Positions 1 through 13,682 of a stretch of DNA of 64,000 nucleotides are shown piece by piece. Origin of the DNA: Adineta vaga (lineage: Eukaryota; Animalia; Rotifera). Every line of letters starts with the position of its first letter. Within the stretch, counting starts at the first letter, position 1. Under the pieces are notes generated by a model that was not told the DNA's origin, searched no databases, and saw nothing but the letters and a program-made list of their open reading frames with translations. The stretch is taken from the NCBI GenBank assembly GCA_021613535.1, contig CP075492.1, positions 17,422,001 to 17,486,000 of the forward strand. Direction: 5' to 3'. Both the position numbers and the translations under genes were made by a program.

Positions 1-1473
1 GGAAGATAAAAGAGGCATTGAATAAATATCTACGTACTTTAAAAAAAGAAAAACTAAGGAACTCAGCTAAATGCTTTAATACAGTTGAAAGAAAAGAAGA
101 AATCAAAACTTACCTTTGCAATTACAAATCTCTTCTATTATATTTTCAACTTGTTGTTTCAACAAACAACGGAACAGTACGCTTTTTATACGTGCATTCT
201 CTCTCTCTTATTTTTTGCTTTCTTCCTTGCTTTCCTAGAATTGTGTAACTCGGTAAAAACCAACTATAACTCGGTAGTAAGGATGAGTGACGATGAGGGT
301 GAGAATTTTCTCTCAACATGCAATCATCCTAAAAGATGCAATGAATCTAATTGATATCAAATTTAATTCTTAAATCTTATTGGATTTAACTGGATCTTCG
401 GACCACTCCACCACACTAAGACGGATTTGGACATATTGAAGGTGTGAAATAACGTGAATGTCCGTATGAATCAGGGTGAAAAAGAGATATCTACCATTTT
501 GCAATAACATCACTGACTTGTTCCTTCTACTTCATCTGACAAGAAGTTATCAATATTCAATCCCATGAAATTTATCAAATGATACATTTTAAATGGGGGA
601 ATACATAACTAAGGTAGAAGGAGAAAAAAGAGTAAAAAATATGTTTAAAGCAAGTAGCATTATCTTTTTGTATTAAACGAAATATTGATATTATTTTTTC
701 AATTGATGAAACATAGATAGCATTTCGATAATCTTTGTCATATCCGCTGTTAACGAATTGAAATGAACTTGCTCGAACACCATCGATTTTTTTTCCACCA
801 TAGTATATATTACATGCTTTATCTTGCGATGGTCTTCCACTAACATTGACAACTTGACTATCGACGAGTGATAGAAGAAGAACCGTAGTGTAGTAACGAT
901 CAGAGAGATGCAATGGAATTGCATAATAATAATTATCGATGAATGAATAGAGAGAAAAAATGAAACAGATATTTTCTATGCCACGTTTCAACTATGCACT
1001 AAGTAAGTATTAATGAAACGGATTATTGGCATTGACTCACCATTCATCATTAAATACTAAATACTATCAATTCGTAGTAATCTGCACTATCTGTGGTTAA
1101 ATCTTAGGCATACAAAAATGAACCAATACTATTATTGAAAATTGATATTGGATTTTTTTAATATCTGCTTCATAAAGAAAAGTACACATTCAGCACAGTC
1201 AGTTTCAATATTTTGTAATATTTTGGTAGGAATTTTTAGAATCTTCTGAAGAAAATCGAGAACTTTTCCACAAAGATTACAGACAAATATGGTAAAAATA
1301 ATTCTTTTTCCAATTTTCGACCAGAAAACTACCTTTAATCTAGTCTCGTATTTGTATCCATTTGATAGTCTTTATGAATTTCTTGAGCCTTGAATGTTTA
1401 TGTTTTCAAGAAAGTATCAATATATTGGAAAGAGAAAACATATATACGTGTCATAATGTATTCATGTAATATT

Positions 1474-2608
1474 TCAGCAACTATCCTCCTGTTTCTCGTC
1501 TAAATCATCGTCAGTAAATGTTGAAGATTTTGTGCCATGACGTGATCTGGTTAATACAACTTCATCGATACTAGCACGACTACTTTGACGACTACGAGGA
1601 ACATGTACAGCTGGTATAAATTGAATGGATGGTTGAAAATGTTCATTTGAATGATCAAAGAAAATTGCCGGATCTATAACACGTAGAAAAGGTGTCTTAT
1701 CTAATCCATTCAAGATGTGTGTTTCATCTAGCTCAAGGCCCCATTCTTTCAAAGTATTGATCACTCGTTTAGCACTAGCATCAGTACTTGCAGTAACTAA
1801 GAAAGTGCGTATACGCCATCTATTATTGTCACCTAGTGCTCGACGCACATTTTGCAATTTGAGAGCAAACGCTTGCATTGGTCCTTTTGCTAACGAAACT
1901 GGATCTGTTCGCCGATCAGATTCTGTTGGTTGAGGTTCTTCGAAGAAGAGTACACCATCTCCATCAAAAACAATACGAACTTGATCTTTAGGCCATGTTG
2001 ACATGTTAGACGAGATAGATGTAACACTTGAAGCCATAATAGAATTGTCAGAAGGTCTTCATAAGAAGTGAATAAAATCATATCTATAATATATAGTTTT
2101 AGAGAAATTCATTAACTTACATGGTTACAGGTTGAACAGGTACTGATTCAGGTATTATATGATAAACTAAGCCAGCTGCTATACCTTGACATAGATGTGA
2201 ACTTCCGCCAGCAAGTGCTCTTCTTACCTGTTCTTCTTCTGTAGTTAAGAAGAGATCACATTTCCAAGATGAAAGATATTTGGTAACTTCTTCTCCACAT
2301 GTGAAAGACATTCGATCAATTGAAAGTTTGTAATAATGAATAGAATTTATAATACGTTGTCCAGATTCAGCATCGTTACGTGAAACGAGAACGATATCGA
2401 TTATAGGCTTTTCTAAAACTTTATTCAATTGCAATAAAGATTGTACAAGAGGAAACCCAACACCGGGTTTGAGAGGTTTGTTAACATTTTCACGTTGATA
2501 TTGTTTGAATGCTTCAAGTCCATCTGATTTCCATATTTGATGCGATTTAGTACAATCGAAAAGTGCAGTAGATGCAATACAAATAACGAGCTCAAACGAA
2601 GATTGCAT
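1474..2608 (-). CDS. 5'-nucleotidase (cN-I/bacterial 5-nucleotidase-like, HAD family), 2 exons
   Basis: Motifs IASTALFD, PLKPGVGFPLVQSLL, SRNDAESG, VRIVFDGDGVLF, KGPMQAF and IFFD. A GT-AG intron at 2120-2057 joins the two ORFs in frame (..PVTI-PSDNSIMASS..). Confidence 0.85.
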
Positions 2609-3869
2609 TTGTATAATTATATGATTGAACTAAAGAGTAATTTGTTAAAGTATCGTTATAATGCCTTTTCTACACTTTAGATTTTCATCGAAACGCGTAT
2701 AAATCATATCAATACGATAGAAAAAAAAGCATTTCTAAGGCTACGTGTTGGAAGTAAATAAGTCTTTTATACTTTTAAGCCGTAAGTATAAATCATAAAA
2801 TACCGTGTTTCGCAAATATTGACAGAAAATTTAACAATATAAGAAAGTAATTGAATTAGTGATTTTTCTTTTAAACTATTTTCAAGATATGGATGATATA
2901 ACGACAACTATAGTAAGACTCATCAGATCTAAAAGATTTAAAAATAAGAAAGTCATCTCGAACTGTGCGCAGTTAATTAATGAATCATAACTAGATATTG
3001 ACAAGTAAGAAGAAAAACATGGCTTTTTTAATAATAATACTTGCTGATATCTGCACTCTACGTGTAAGAGCACATTTGGATTTTGATGATTAATCACTGG
3101 TTTTAGAAACAAAATATATACTACTTTTAAATCACTATCGATATATTTGCGCAATATATTTTTTTATATCACGAGAAAAAATATCCACGTTGTTGATATG
3201 TTTTTAGTTTGTCGCTATAATATCAGAACTAAAACGAATACTGACACTATGATATATACAGAATAAAACTGACGACACTTTCGATTATAACTTAAGACAA
3301 ATAAATGTGTTTTTGCGCATGTTGCACGAATTTTCTTCTCTCCTCCTGATCATCTACACTCTTTCAAAACATTGAATTAATGAATTAGTTTTTAAGAGAC
3401 TAATTTTATTCGTTATTTATTTCAAATCGTTAGTAGGGTTTATTTGTGGATTCTTGTATTCACACCCACACCCACCCTTTGTATTATACTGTCTGTTCGA
3501 CGTTTTACGAAAGGCAATACTTATGATATCAAATGAAAAATTGTAGAATTATAGACTACGATTTCGTCTATCAAAATATATAGATAGAGGAAAAATTTCC
3601 TCGAACCTTCTGTAAGATTTTATAATAAGGGTATCATGTCTTCTGGTATGTCTTAAGTATAATAATGATATATTGAAGACGAAATGACTGAAACTATTTG
3701 GTTTTCAGGGATAAATATTATTGGGATTTAATTTCCTAAAAGGATAGAAATTAATCATAGAATATTATATTAATATTCATATTACTTCTTGCTCGTTTAT
3801 TTTAGCTGCTATTTTGAATCTTAATTACATCTTATATTTTTTTGTCTCAGATTATCTCACGTTTCAAAC

Positions 3870-5156
3870 ATGTCAAATTCAGTAGCCGTTTTAACTGCGA
3901 ATTTAAATACTATTCTGTTCTGGCTGAATCGCATTTGTCCACCTTTCCAGATTGTTTTTGGAACATTTGGAAATTTATTTAACATCATTATATTCACTCG
4001 TCGTTCTTTACGTACGAATCCATGTTCCATGTATTTTCTGGCTGGTTCAATCAACAACTTTTTTGTTCTTTATATGGCCTTATTAACGCATTATCTCGCA
4101 GTAGTGGCGTATCCAGAGGGGGGCTAGGGGGGGCTCAGCCCCCCCTACGAACGTTCGAGCCCCCCCTACCAAGTTTCGAAACTACTGCAAATTTATATGT
4201 TTGCCCCCCCCTAGAGGGGGCAAAAAATAGGCTGAGCCCCCCCTAACAATTTTTTCTGGCGACGCCACTATCTCGCAGATGGTTGGGGTATTGATCCATC
4301 ACAAGGGAATAGTGCATTCTGTAAGTTACGTAATATCTTCGTATATCCTTCTTTTTCTCTTGTGTTATGGTTTGTTGCAATTGCCACTATCGATCGTTTT
4401 CTCTCAAGCTCACCAAATGTGCGACTGCGTCGATTGAGTAATTTGTCAATTGCTCGAAAGGTTATTGTATTTACTACTATATTCATGTTTTTAATTTATG
4501 TTCATATACTCGTTTTCTTTAAGTCTGACGTGTACGGCGTAGTTAACGCTTGTCGTATATATGTATATGAATATAGTATTTTCTTCTACTTATTTTTCTC
4601 ATTCATTTCTTGTGCTATACCAATCATATTAATGAGCATCTTTGGTATTCTGATGATTTTCAACGTTCGAAGTATTCGCAATCGTGTAGGTCCGAGAGTT
4701 GGTAACGCACAAAATGAACGTTTAAGTTCAAATGATCGTCAACTGTCTATCATGCTTCTATTTCAAGTGTTGATTACTACTCTATTCTCGGCTCCTTATG
4801 CTTCTTTCAATATTTTCAATATGATTGCGTTGATAATCCTTAAATATACACTTTCAGCGTCTGAACGAGTTATTTTTATTTTTGCATTTGATCTTTCTCG
4901 AATACTTCACTATACAAATCCTGTACTTGGATTTTATCTTTTTACTCTATCGGGGCCAAAATTTCGTGTTGAGATGAAACGTTGTGCCCAATATGGATTG
5001 ATTTTTTCTTTCAAAAAACTGGGTCTGACACGATATCTGCCTGTATTAGCTGGACAAGCAATACTCAACTGGAATCAAATAGGTATTATTAACACTCAGT
5101 TTACAACCAGACAAATACAAGGAAATACCGGTAATACTAATCGACAACAGAAATGA
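3870..5156 (+). pseudogene. Rhodopsin-like 7TM GPCR disrupted by a MITE
   Basis: Motifs GTFGNLFN, NPCSMYF, IDRF and FYLFTLSGPKFR. Removing 4102-4270 plus one TSD restores ..THYLADGWGIDPS..FCKLR.. in frame. The insert carries an in-frame TAG at 4125-4127. Confidence 0.9.
4102..4270. mobile_element. 169-bp non-autonomous hAT-like MITE
   Basis: Perfect 8-bp TSD TCTCGCAG (4094-4101 and 4271-4278). TIRs TAGTGGCGTATCCAGA / TCTGGCGACGCCACTA match at 14/16. GC-rich interior with internal inverted G/C runs. Confidence 0.92.
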
Positions 5157-6379
5157 ACGAATGCCTTATTTGGATTATAGACACATGAAACAAAACTGTT
5201 ATTTATATATGTATATATATTATTAATCATTGGTGTTGTTACCCCATCATTAACAAAGAGAATGTTTGTCAGTCAACTCAAATAACAAATATTTTTACCA
5301 TTTTTATATTGCGTTCAGTTATGTTTCAAATATTTAAACCAAAAGTAGATCACTTTTTGATTTTCAAGTTATCTAAAAGAATTTCTTATGATGAGATGTC
5401 ACAGTTATACACGTTCAGTGATCATTATGAAAATCTGTTTTACTTCTAACAAAATGATTCAGTGATTATGTCTTCTTTTCGTGTGTCTCTAAATTTTTGC
5501 TTTTAATCAATTAATAAAATATCGTGGTAACAGCTGTATCTATTCTCTCATATGTTATTAAGAATTGTCTGACAAAGTAGCTCATGGAAATAAAATGTCT
5601 CCATAGAAAAACGATAATCAGAATGATAAAACAAATATTTGTGATGATACTTTAAATAATGTTATGAGGATCAAAAATGATAGGAAAAATAATAAATGTT
5701 TCTATGAAGAATCCAAATGCGAACTTTCAGTTTACTAGACTAGCACTTTATCATTGAACCATAGAGACATGTTAACTTTCTTGTTGAACTCTCTTTGTTA
5801 TAAATCGAATATATATCAACTAAATAAAAAGAAATCATAAAGTAGAATAGATCTTGGCCTATATTCAATCTTCATTATTATACATGAGAGAACTTTTTTT
5901 GAATTTTTATTAAGACATATTTTTAAGATAAATCGCTCGATATGACATTGAATTTTTCAAACTAATTGTTAAAATTTCGAAGTGTGTTGAATATCTGACA
6001 GTAAGAGTTTTACCTACTTTCCATTTTATGTCAAATTTTACCTCTGGCTTTTGCGTCTTTTGATAAAAGCATTGTATGACTTTTATAATTAGAATTTCAT
6101 ATAGACATTGCCTGCTTAAATTTTGCATTAGCTTGTATGTCAGTCATTATTTCGATGTCTTGAGGATATCGGAAAAGTTAGTAACATGTTCAAGTATTTC
6201 TTGTCTGAATTCTTCTGTAAACTGGTGCTGACTTTCGCAAAGGTTGTGGTGGATGCAGAATTTAATTCTATATCGAATGAAGTTATTCTCGATGGAGATG
6301 ATTGGGAGGAAAACAATTGTACACTCACACCCTCAACGAATGAAAAAATATCGTATTCGGAAATCAAACCTCTTAATTC

Positions 6380-6808
6380 ATTTAAATTATTTTGTGTAAG
6401 ATTAATAGATGATCAAAAATAGGTAAACCAATTTCGAACTGACATAAACACCATTGAGTACCATTAAAAGTAGTACTAATATCAAAATAATGCCCATGGA
6501 GTTGTAATATCTTGTAATGGTATTCCTAATTTTTCACCTAATTGAATAAAAGCATCGAAAAGAGTACTTCCAGTTGGATCAGGTGGCCATGTTGATGTTT
6601 AACAATATGATGCTGCATCGTGTGTACCGGGTAATGTTAAATTTGTTAAATATACATTTGATATTGAAGGTAAAATCTGTTTCATCCAAATACTTGTATT
6701 GATATTTATATTTATATTTGGAATTTTATTTTTCAGTGGATAATGAAAACTTAATTTTATTAGAAAAGAAAATAATATGATTAAACGAATTGAAATATTC
6801 ATTATCAT
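6380..6808 (-). pseudogene. Degenerate PI-PLC X-domain protein fragment
   Basis: Signal peptide, then WMKQI...LTNLTLPGTHDAASY (PI-PLC catalytic His motif), followed by an in-frame TAA and further stops. Confidence 0.6.
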
Positions 6809-7303
6809 GCTTCTTTGATAAATGAGAAGAAAAGATGTTATTTCGATTAGATTTCATAGTAAATATATGTCATTTGTATGTAGGAGAAAAACTCATATCT
6901 AACTTAGAAACAATATTGATCTTGCAGAGATTGACCTACTTCTAGATAATTTCTTTCGTATAAATACTGAAATAAAGTTTAAGATATATTATCATAGAAA
7001 AAGCTTGTATTGATAAATACTTACAAAGTGACATTTCTCATATCTATAGGAAAAAATTGTTGATTAACTGGCGAGATTACTATTGACTTACGCTTTGGTC
7101 AGTTATTATTAACAATAAGATTATGATAAGAGTATTTAATGCTAAAAGATATCATACTTACCTATGAAATTTGTTCTATATAGATAAGAACAAAAAATTA
7201 CTTTCAACAATACATTTCATGTAGAAATAAACGACGAACATATCGCAATTACAAAAGAGCAAGTCATTGTGTTTTTCTAAAATAATTTCTGGTAAAATTT
7301 ACA

Positions 7304-8680
7304 ATGCATAACAATCAAGTGTACTGTGAGAATATTATTGTAAATCAGAGAAGACGAAAATGGTGGCAACGTCGTTGCTTTAAGATTATTTGCATCCTTT
7401 TAGTTATTTTAATAATTCTTGCACTTATTACTCTTGTTCTCATATTTAAATTCGTTCTATGTGAATCAAAAAAATCTGAAACGACTATCACATCCTCACC
7501 GCTACTTACAACAACAACGATGTCAATTCTATTATCATCAACGACAACAACAATACCTGCGACGATTACAACATCAGAGCCACAAACAACGATAGTATCG
7601 ACATCAGCAGCAGTAACCACTATTAAAAAAGCAGGTAAGTTTGACATAATTTTTCTTTAAAACATAAAATATTTATTTCTCTGTAAAGGTTGGTCTAATA
7701 CTGGTAGTATGAATCATGGACGACAAGAACATACAGCATCCTTATTAACTGATGGGAGAGTACTCGTTACTGGTGGATTAAATCGTCTTACCATTCTAAA
7801 CACTTGTGAATTGTATGATCCATCGAAAAAGACTTGGATGGTTACTGGTAGCATGAATAATGTACGACAGAATCATGCAGTATCCGTATTGAAAAATGGA
7901 AAAGTGTTAGTCACCGGTGGTGATGATGGAAATCCACTGAATACTGCTGAATTGTATGATCCATCAACGGAAATGTGGACACTTACTACACGTATGAATA
8001 GTACACGATCGTTACATGCGTCGTCCATATTAGCAAATGGAAAAGTATTAGTTACTGGTGGTTGGGATGGTAGTAATTCTCTGGATAGTACTGAATTGTA
8101 TGATCCAGTGACAGAAACTTGGACCGTTAGTGGTGCTATGAATAGTGCACGACAGGGTCATACTATTTCGGAATTATCAAATGGAAAAATATTAGTTACT
8201 GGTGGAAGAAACGACCATCCTCTAAATACAACGGAATCATACAATCCCTTGACAGAAACTTGGACTACAAGTATGGACATGAATGATGCACGATATTCTC
8301 ATACAGCATCCATACTAACAGATCGAAGAATATTGATTACTGCTGGGTCGGACGGTGGGGGATTATTTCGTAGTGCTGAGCTATACGATCCTGTAACAGA
8401 AACTTGAACAAATACTGGTAGTCTAAATAGTACACGGCAGTATCATACAGCATCTGTATTAACAAATGGAAAAGTGCTAGTCACTGGTGGCTATCGAGGA
8501 TATATGCTAAATAGTGTTGAATTATATGATCCGTCGACAGAAATGTGGACGTATGTTGATAACATGAATGATGCACGTTTTTTCCATGCGGCGTGTGTAT
8601 TAAACGATGGAAAGGTATTGATTTCCGGTGGATATGATAATATTATGGCATCGAATACTGCAGAACTCTACGGACTATAA
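7304..8680 (+). CDS. Type II membrane kelch-repeat (beta-propeller) protein with an in-frame TGA at 8405-8407; probable pseudogene
   Basis: N-terminal TM and Thr-rich stalk, intron about 7635-7688, then about 7 repeats of R..H.AS.L.NGKVLVTGG..LN.AELYDP.TETW. The TGA replaces the conserved Trp and the frame continues to 8680. Confidence 0.85.
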
Positions 8681-8785
8681 TAAAACAATGCACTTAACGC
8701 ATGATTGTTTCTATTCTATCTATTTTTAATACCACATGGATGTTTTATTACTTATCGAAAAGATTTCAATAAACAAATTCTAATA

Positions 8786-8847
8786 AAATCTTGAGGGTGT
8801 GGGTGAAGATACAGTATGAACTAACATCATCCATACCCTGAAGATTT
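8786..8847. repeat. Inverted telomere-motif palindrome
   Basis: AAATCTTGAGGGTGTGGGTGA..TCATCCATACCCTGAAGATTT. Confidence 0.75.
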
Positions 8848-9072
8848 ATTCAATTTCGATTCACTTGAATGTTGAGGGAACCATTCAATATGAGATTGAC
8901 GCCAAATTTGAGATGTAATTGATTCTTGGGATATCTTTCAAAAACAAATTACTTCTTCTAATGCAGAATGCAAAAGAAAAATATTCTGTCTCCGTCAGTG
9001 CGCATATAATATTTCGAACACTATTACACAGCTATACATTATTACTATTTGTTGTCCTTTTCAAATTGAAGC

Positions 9073-9352
9073 ATGTCTAATGTAAAGGTTTCTTCGCCAA
9101 ATACGATACAAGGTTGTACAATAAAAAACGAATCGGATGGTGATTGTGAAGTAGAAGTGGAATATGGAGTCGAAGGACATCATTCAAGCAAGGTCAAGTT
9201 CAGTGTTCTCAGGGGTTTTCAAAGAGAACAGAACGAAGCAAAGATTGCCGATTTACCAGGGGAGCCGAGTTCGTATAAACATAGAGTGCATTCTAGTTAA
9301 ACGAAAAAACGGAGATACAATGATAGAATCAGTGTCGTCAGATAGGGTGTGA
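9073..9352 (+). pseudogene. Small protein gene, frameshifted and 3'-truncated
   Basis: Protein-like sequence in two overlapping frames (MSNVKVSSPN..; ..IECILVKRKNGDT..) ends at a telomere-motif palindrome (9343-9389). Confidence 0.4.
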
Positions 9353-9555
9353 ATGAACGGAAGAGTATCATCCACACCCACACCCTCAACTAACAGTGTA
9401 AAAGCGTATTATAGTATGATGATCTTGAAAACAAATTATTAAAAGTTTGTGGAAATGGGAAAAAAGACAAACTCTTTAATAAAATTCAAATAAAGTAACA
9501 TTCAGGATAATATCTACTACTTAAAGAACATATTTTGAATTTTCGATTAACTCAA

Positions 9556-11752
9556 CTATTTGTCAGAACATGTAATTAACGCTTTCTTCATATTATCGAT
9601 ATCTTCTTGAGCATTAACGAGTGATGGATGATTTAATGGGCGTGATGCTTGTAGTATGTTAAAAGCAATCGTGTAATTTTTCAATGCTAGATGAAACTCT
9701 TTCATTTGTTCATAGATATCACCAATACGTTGATATGTTGTTGCAATCGACGGATGATTCGATGGTAAGGAAATCAATTGTATTTGTAGGGCTTGTTCAT
9801 ACATTTCTAGAGCACTATCGAGATCATCCACGTCATTGTACACATCTCCAATATTAAAAAATGTATCGGCAATAGTTGGATGCATTTGTGGTAAGAGCTG
9901 TTGGCGGATTCGAAGACATTCTTTCCAGGATAATATTGCTAGTTGATAGTTTTCTTGTTTTTCATAGGTTTGACCAATACATTCATGATCTATTGCTACT
10001 TTGAGGTGATTCTCGCTATGAAGATCACGATGAACATTGAGCGCTTTTGAGTAGTTCTCAAGTGCACGATCATATTGTTGAAGTTCTTTGTAGCTTCCAC
10101 CGATAATTTGGTAATAAAATGCAAGATCATTTCGATCACCATTGGTCTCTGTTAATCTGACTACACCTTTTTGCAATTCTTCAATGATTGTTGGATAGTA
10201 TTCACCTTTCGTATATGATGACACCGTAGAATTACCAAATCGACCGTTGCTCTCACTTCTCATATGTTCATTGCCAAGATCATAAGCACGGCTTGCTTCT
10301 TTTCGTTTACCCATATCATCTAAGACTTTTCCTACAGAGCTCATATCCGTTTCATCGTCTAATTTAGCTTTCAGAGTCGTAAAAACTTCATTCAATTGAT
10401 TGTCTTCTTCACCACACAGGACCAATTTAACTGTCCAAACTGGATCGTCTTCCGAGCCCTTTTGCACATCAATAATACGAAAGATCGAACCTGCCATGAA
10501 AAGAACTTCATCTTCTCCATCTCGAAAATAGCTGATATCTGTAACGTCAGCAAATGGTTTAGTATCAACACGATTCGTATCGGCTTCTAGTTCGAAAAGA
10601 ACTGCACGGTGTCGGTGATTATCAGGATCAATGGCAGATTCGGCGAAAAGATGTGCTATACTTCGATTCCGACTTGTCGAAAGGAGACTATTCATAGAAA
10701 AGAATTTACCTTGATTATTAATTATATCATTTAACTCGTCAATATCAAGAACTTGACCACGATAAAGATTAACCACGATTCCATTGAATCTTTTCTGCTC
10801 CCTCAATGTCTGAAAAAGATCGTGAAGGAAAAAGCGGAGCGTAAAAAGAAGAACAAAATCTTGCTGGCGCAATGCTTTGTTGAGGATAACATAGAGAAAC
10901 GAATCACGTGTGTACCACCATACTGCCTGATCCGTCTGATAGGTTGACTGGAGCTCATCAACAATACGAAGTTTAGCAACATCATCGTGATATTGTTGAC
11001 GGACAAGTTCAATAAACTCTTTTCGAGATGAATGAAGAGCTGTATTGGACATACGAAGTAAAGTTTCGATAAACAATTGAAACCAGATGAAATCTCCATT
11101 TTCATTTGCTAAATTCTTGGTAGATCGCTCATTTGGATTAAAAAAACTACCAATAGTTCCTATTGAGTCTTCAAGCTTTGCACGTTTTCTCTGATCTGTT
11201 TCAATCGTTTTAATCAATTCAGTCGAATCAGTCACCACAGCTTTTACCTAAAAAAAATGTTAACCTATTAATTTATTCTTTAAAACTATTATGTTACTTT
11301 AGGAAATTGTTTGTCCGAACCACTTGCTTTATAGTTGTCTCTCGAGTAGATATAGATAGCAATGACTCGTATTTGATCATGAAAATGACGAAGAAGTTGA
11401 TGATCGTGATTGTTAGACATAATAATGATAATCTACAAGAATATCTTCGATACTTTTTTATTTTTTTATATAAATAAATTACTTTCTCAGTTTTAATTTC
11501 TTCAATGTATGTCTGACATTTATCAGGATCGTTGAATATTTTGATAAAATTAATTAAACGATGTAATTCATATTGAATTTGTTGAGTATCATTAGTATCG
11601 TTCATGTCAGCATCGTACCATACGAGAGTATATGGTTCAAGATTTCTCTCATTCTTTCCAATTAAATATTCATCATAGAATGATCTATATAAATCTTCAC
11701 TTGTCTTGCTCAATGATATAAGCTTATCGACCAAAGCTTTTTTATCTGTCAT
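9556..11752 (-). CDS. ADP-ribosyltransferase (R-S-E type) domain plus TPR-repeat protein, 3 exons
   Basis: AVWWYTRDSFLY..LNKALR, LYRGQ, LSTS and EDEVLF, followed by TPRs (..HPTIADTFFNIGDVY..ALEMYEQAL). Introns 11482-11433 and about 11297-11248 give a continuous frame. Confidence 0.88.
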
Positions 11753-12672
11753 TTTTATCTAAAACTATTCGATGATATTTATGTGCACAATATTCTTCTT
11801 GAGGGTGTATCAAATTCGGGTTCTGTTCCTCGGAATTTACACTGCAAAAAGTACAAGATCAAAAATTCTCTTTGAATTCTCAACATCACTGCTCGTGGTT
11901 ATGTCACTATATCCTATTTTCAATAGAATTCTGCTAAGCTGCTATTATAAACATTTTTCATACAGCTCGCAACTATCACGTTTATTTCACATTGTACAGT
12001 CTTATCGGTAACTTATTCCGAAACGGCTAACTTCGTGAGCAAATGATGTCTTTAACTGAGAAACTCTCTTAATAATATTTAAAAAAGAGCCATAATCAAA
12101 GAGGAGAGTCGATCGACTATAAGTAAAACTGCAGTCATTATAGGAAATTAGCTCAAGCTATCTCGTCAGTTAAAAACTAAGATGTTAGAAATAAACATAT
12201 GTAAAACACTAACTATGGAAAGAATATGAATTGAGTTTTTACGTCTCCATGCTATTTACTCTTTTGGTATTATTGCTATATTTGAGTATGAACAGAACAG
12301 GCAAGTTTTGTCCATGCAATGAAAAGTATTTTATAAGTGTTTATTGCGCACAAAATAAACGTTTTCTCTTTATATTTCTACGTCGAAATAAAAAAAACTT
12401 GTCAACGAAACGAATTCTCTTGCAAAAAAATCAAACAGCATATTGTCGCTCTGAATGCTGAAAGAATGTGGATAGAAAACAAAAATTGTTGATCAGTTTG
12501 GGTATGAGTGGGTGAGAGTGAGGATGAATAAAAGATATTCATACCCACACACCCACCCTCAAATACTTTTAATTAATTGATAGTTGTATTTTATTTGATT
12601 AAAAATATGATAGTGAAATGAACGATACAATACAAAAATATATAAATATATATATGAATCGATTTCTCATTA

Positions 12673-13682
12673 TTAAAACTTTGTATTTGGATTGTTAGTG
12701 AGATGAAAAGTAGTTTGATGTGGATTGATTTGATTTCGTTGTCGGCACCAGAATAGTTGATCTCTGACATTTTTACGAAATCGACTTGATGAAATCAAGA
12801 ATATATAACAACTTCCCTAAAAGAAATCAAATGAATATATAAAAACATGTCTGAATAAAGAATTAATTAACATACGACAAAATGGAAGTATGTCATCATA
12901 CTGAACACTGTTGACGAAAAATATTCTTTCAATTGTCGATCGAAATCCTTAGTAATTCTAGTTGTGCTGAGACTGTAGGCAGAGTAAATACCATATGGAA
13001 TTAGACTAATAAGAACAAGTACGATTTGAACTAAAGTCATTTTGACCAATTGGCGATCAGCATGTGATTCTGCAAGAACTGTTGTTTGATGAATATTGCG
13101 ATAGGTCAACCATCCAAATATAATTAAAACTAAACATGGTATTGCACACACAACACCTAGTAAATAAAATATTCCATACTCAGAATAAGTATCATTGATA
13201 ATTACACAAGCTTTACTAATAGGTGAAATGTCATAGTATAAAAGAATAGGTATTCCATGTAAACAGCTAACAATGATAACAATGAGTAGAATTCGATGAG
13301 ACCATTGTATTTTACTACAACTTCGAATAGAAGCATGTTTTGATGTAACTAAATATTGATCTATTGCAGCTAAACATGAACAACCCATAGAAATTATAGT
13401 AGGTGTAATAAGGAAATAATATCGTAATTTACATCCTGTAGATGATATGCTGCTTGAATCCATTTTATATCCTACACTTAAAATACGAGCAGTAATATTG
13501 AGTAGAATATAAAATATGTTGTTTATTGATCCAATGAGAAAATAAAATGTACAAGGATTTGTACGATAAGTACGAACTTTGGAAAACACTACAATATTGA
13601 TTCCATTACCAATGACACCGATTATAAGAAACAAGAATCCAACATAAATTGTAAACTGTTGAGCGTCATATAATAATGTCAT
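12673..13682 (-). CDS. Rhodopsin-like 7TM GPCR, 2 exons
   Basis: GVIGNGIN, NPCTFYF, CKLRYY and AIDQY. A terminal exon GSCYIFLISSSRFR follows an intron at about 12875-12818. Confidence 0.88.

Noticed and set aside
440-1050. Possible multi-exon gene on the minus strand
   Set aside because: Splice-like signals are present, but I could not build a stop-free model or recognise a domain.
4101-4278. MITE acting as an introner (GT at 4101, AG at 4277-4278)
   Set aside because: Donors at 4101, 4104 or 4109 with that acceptor remove 178, 175 or 170 bp, against the 177 bp needed. All cause frameshifts.
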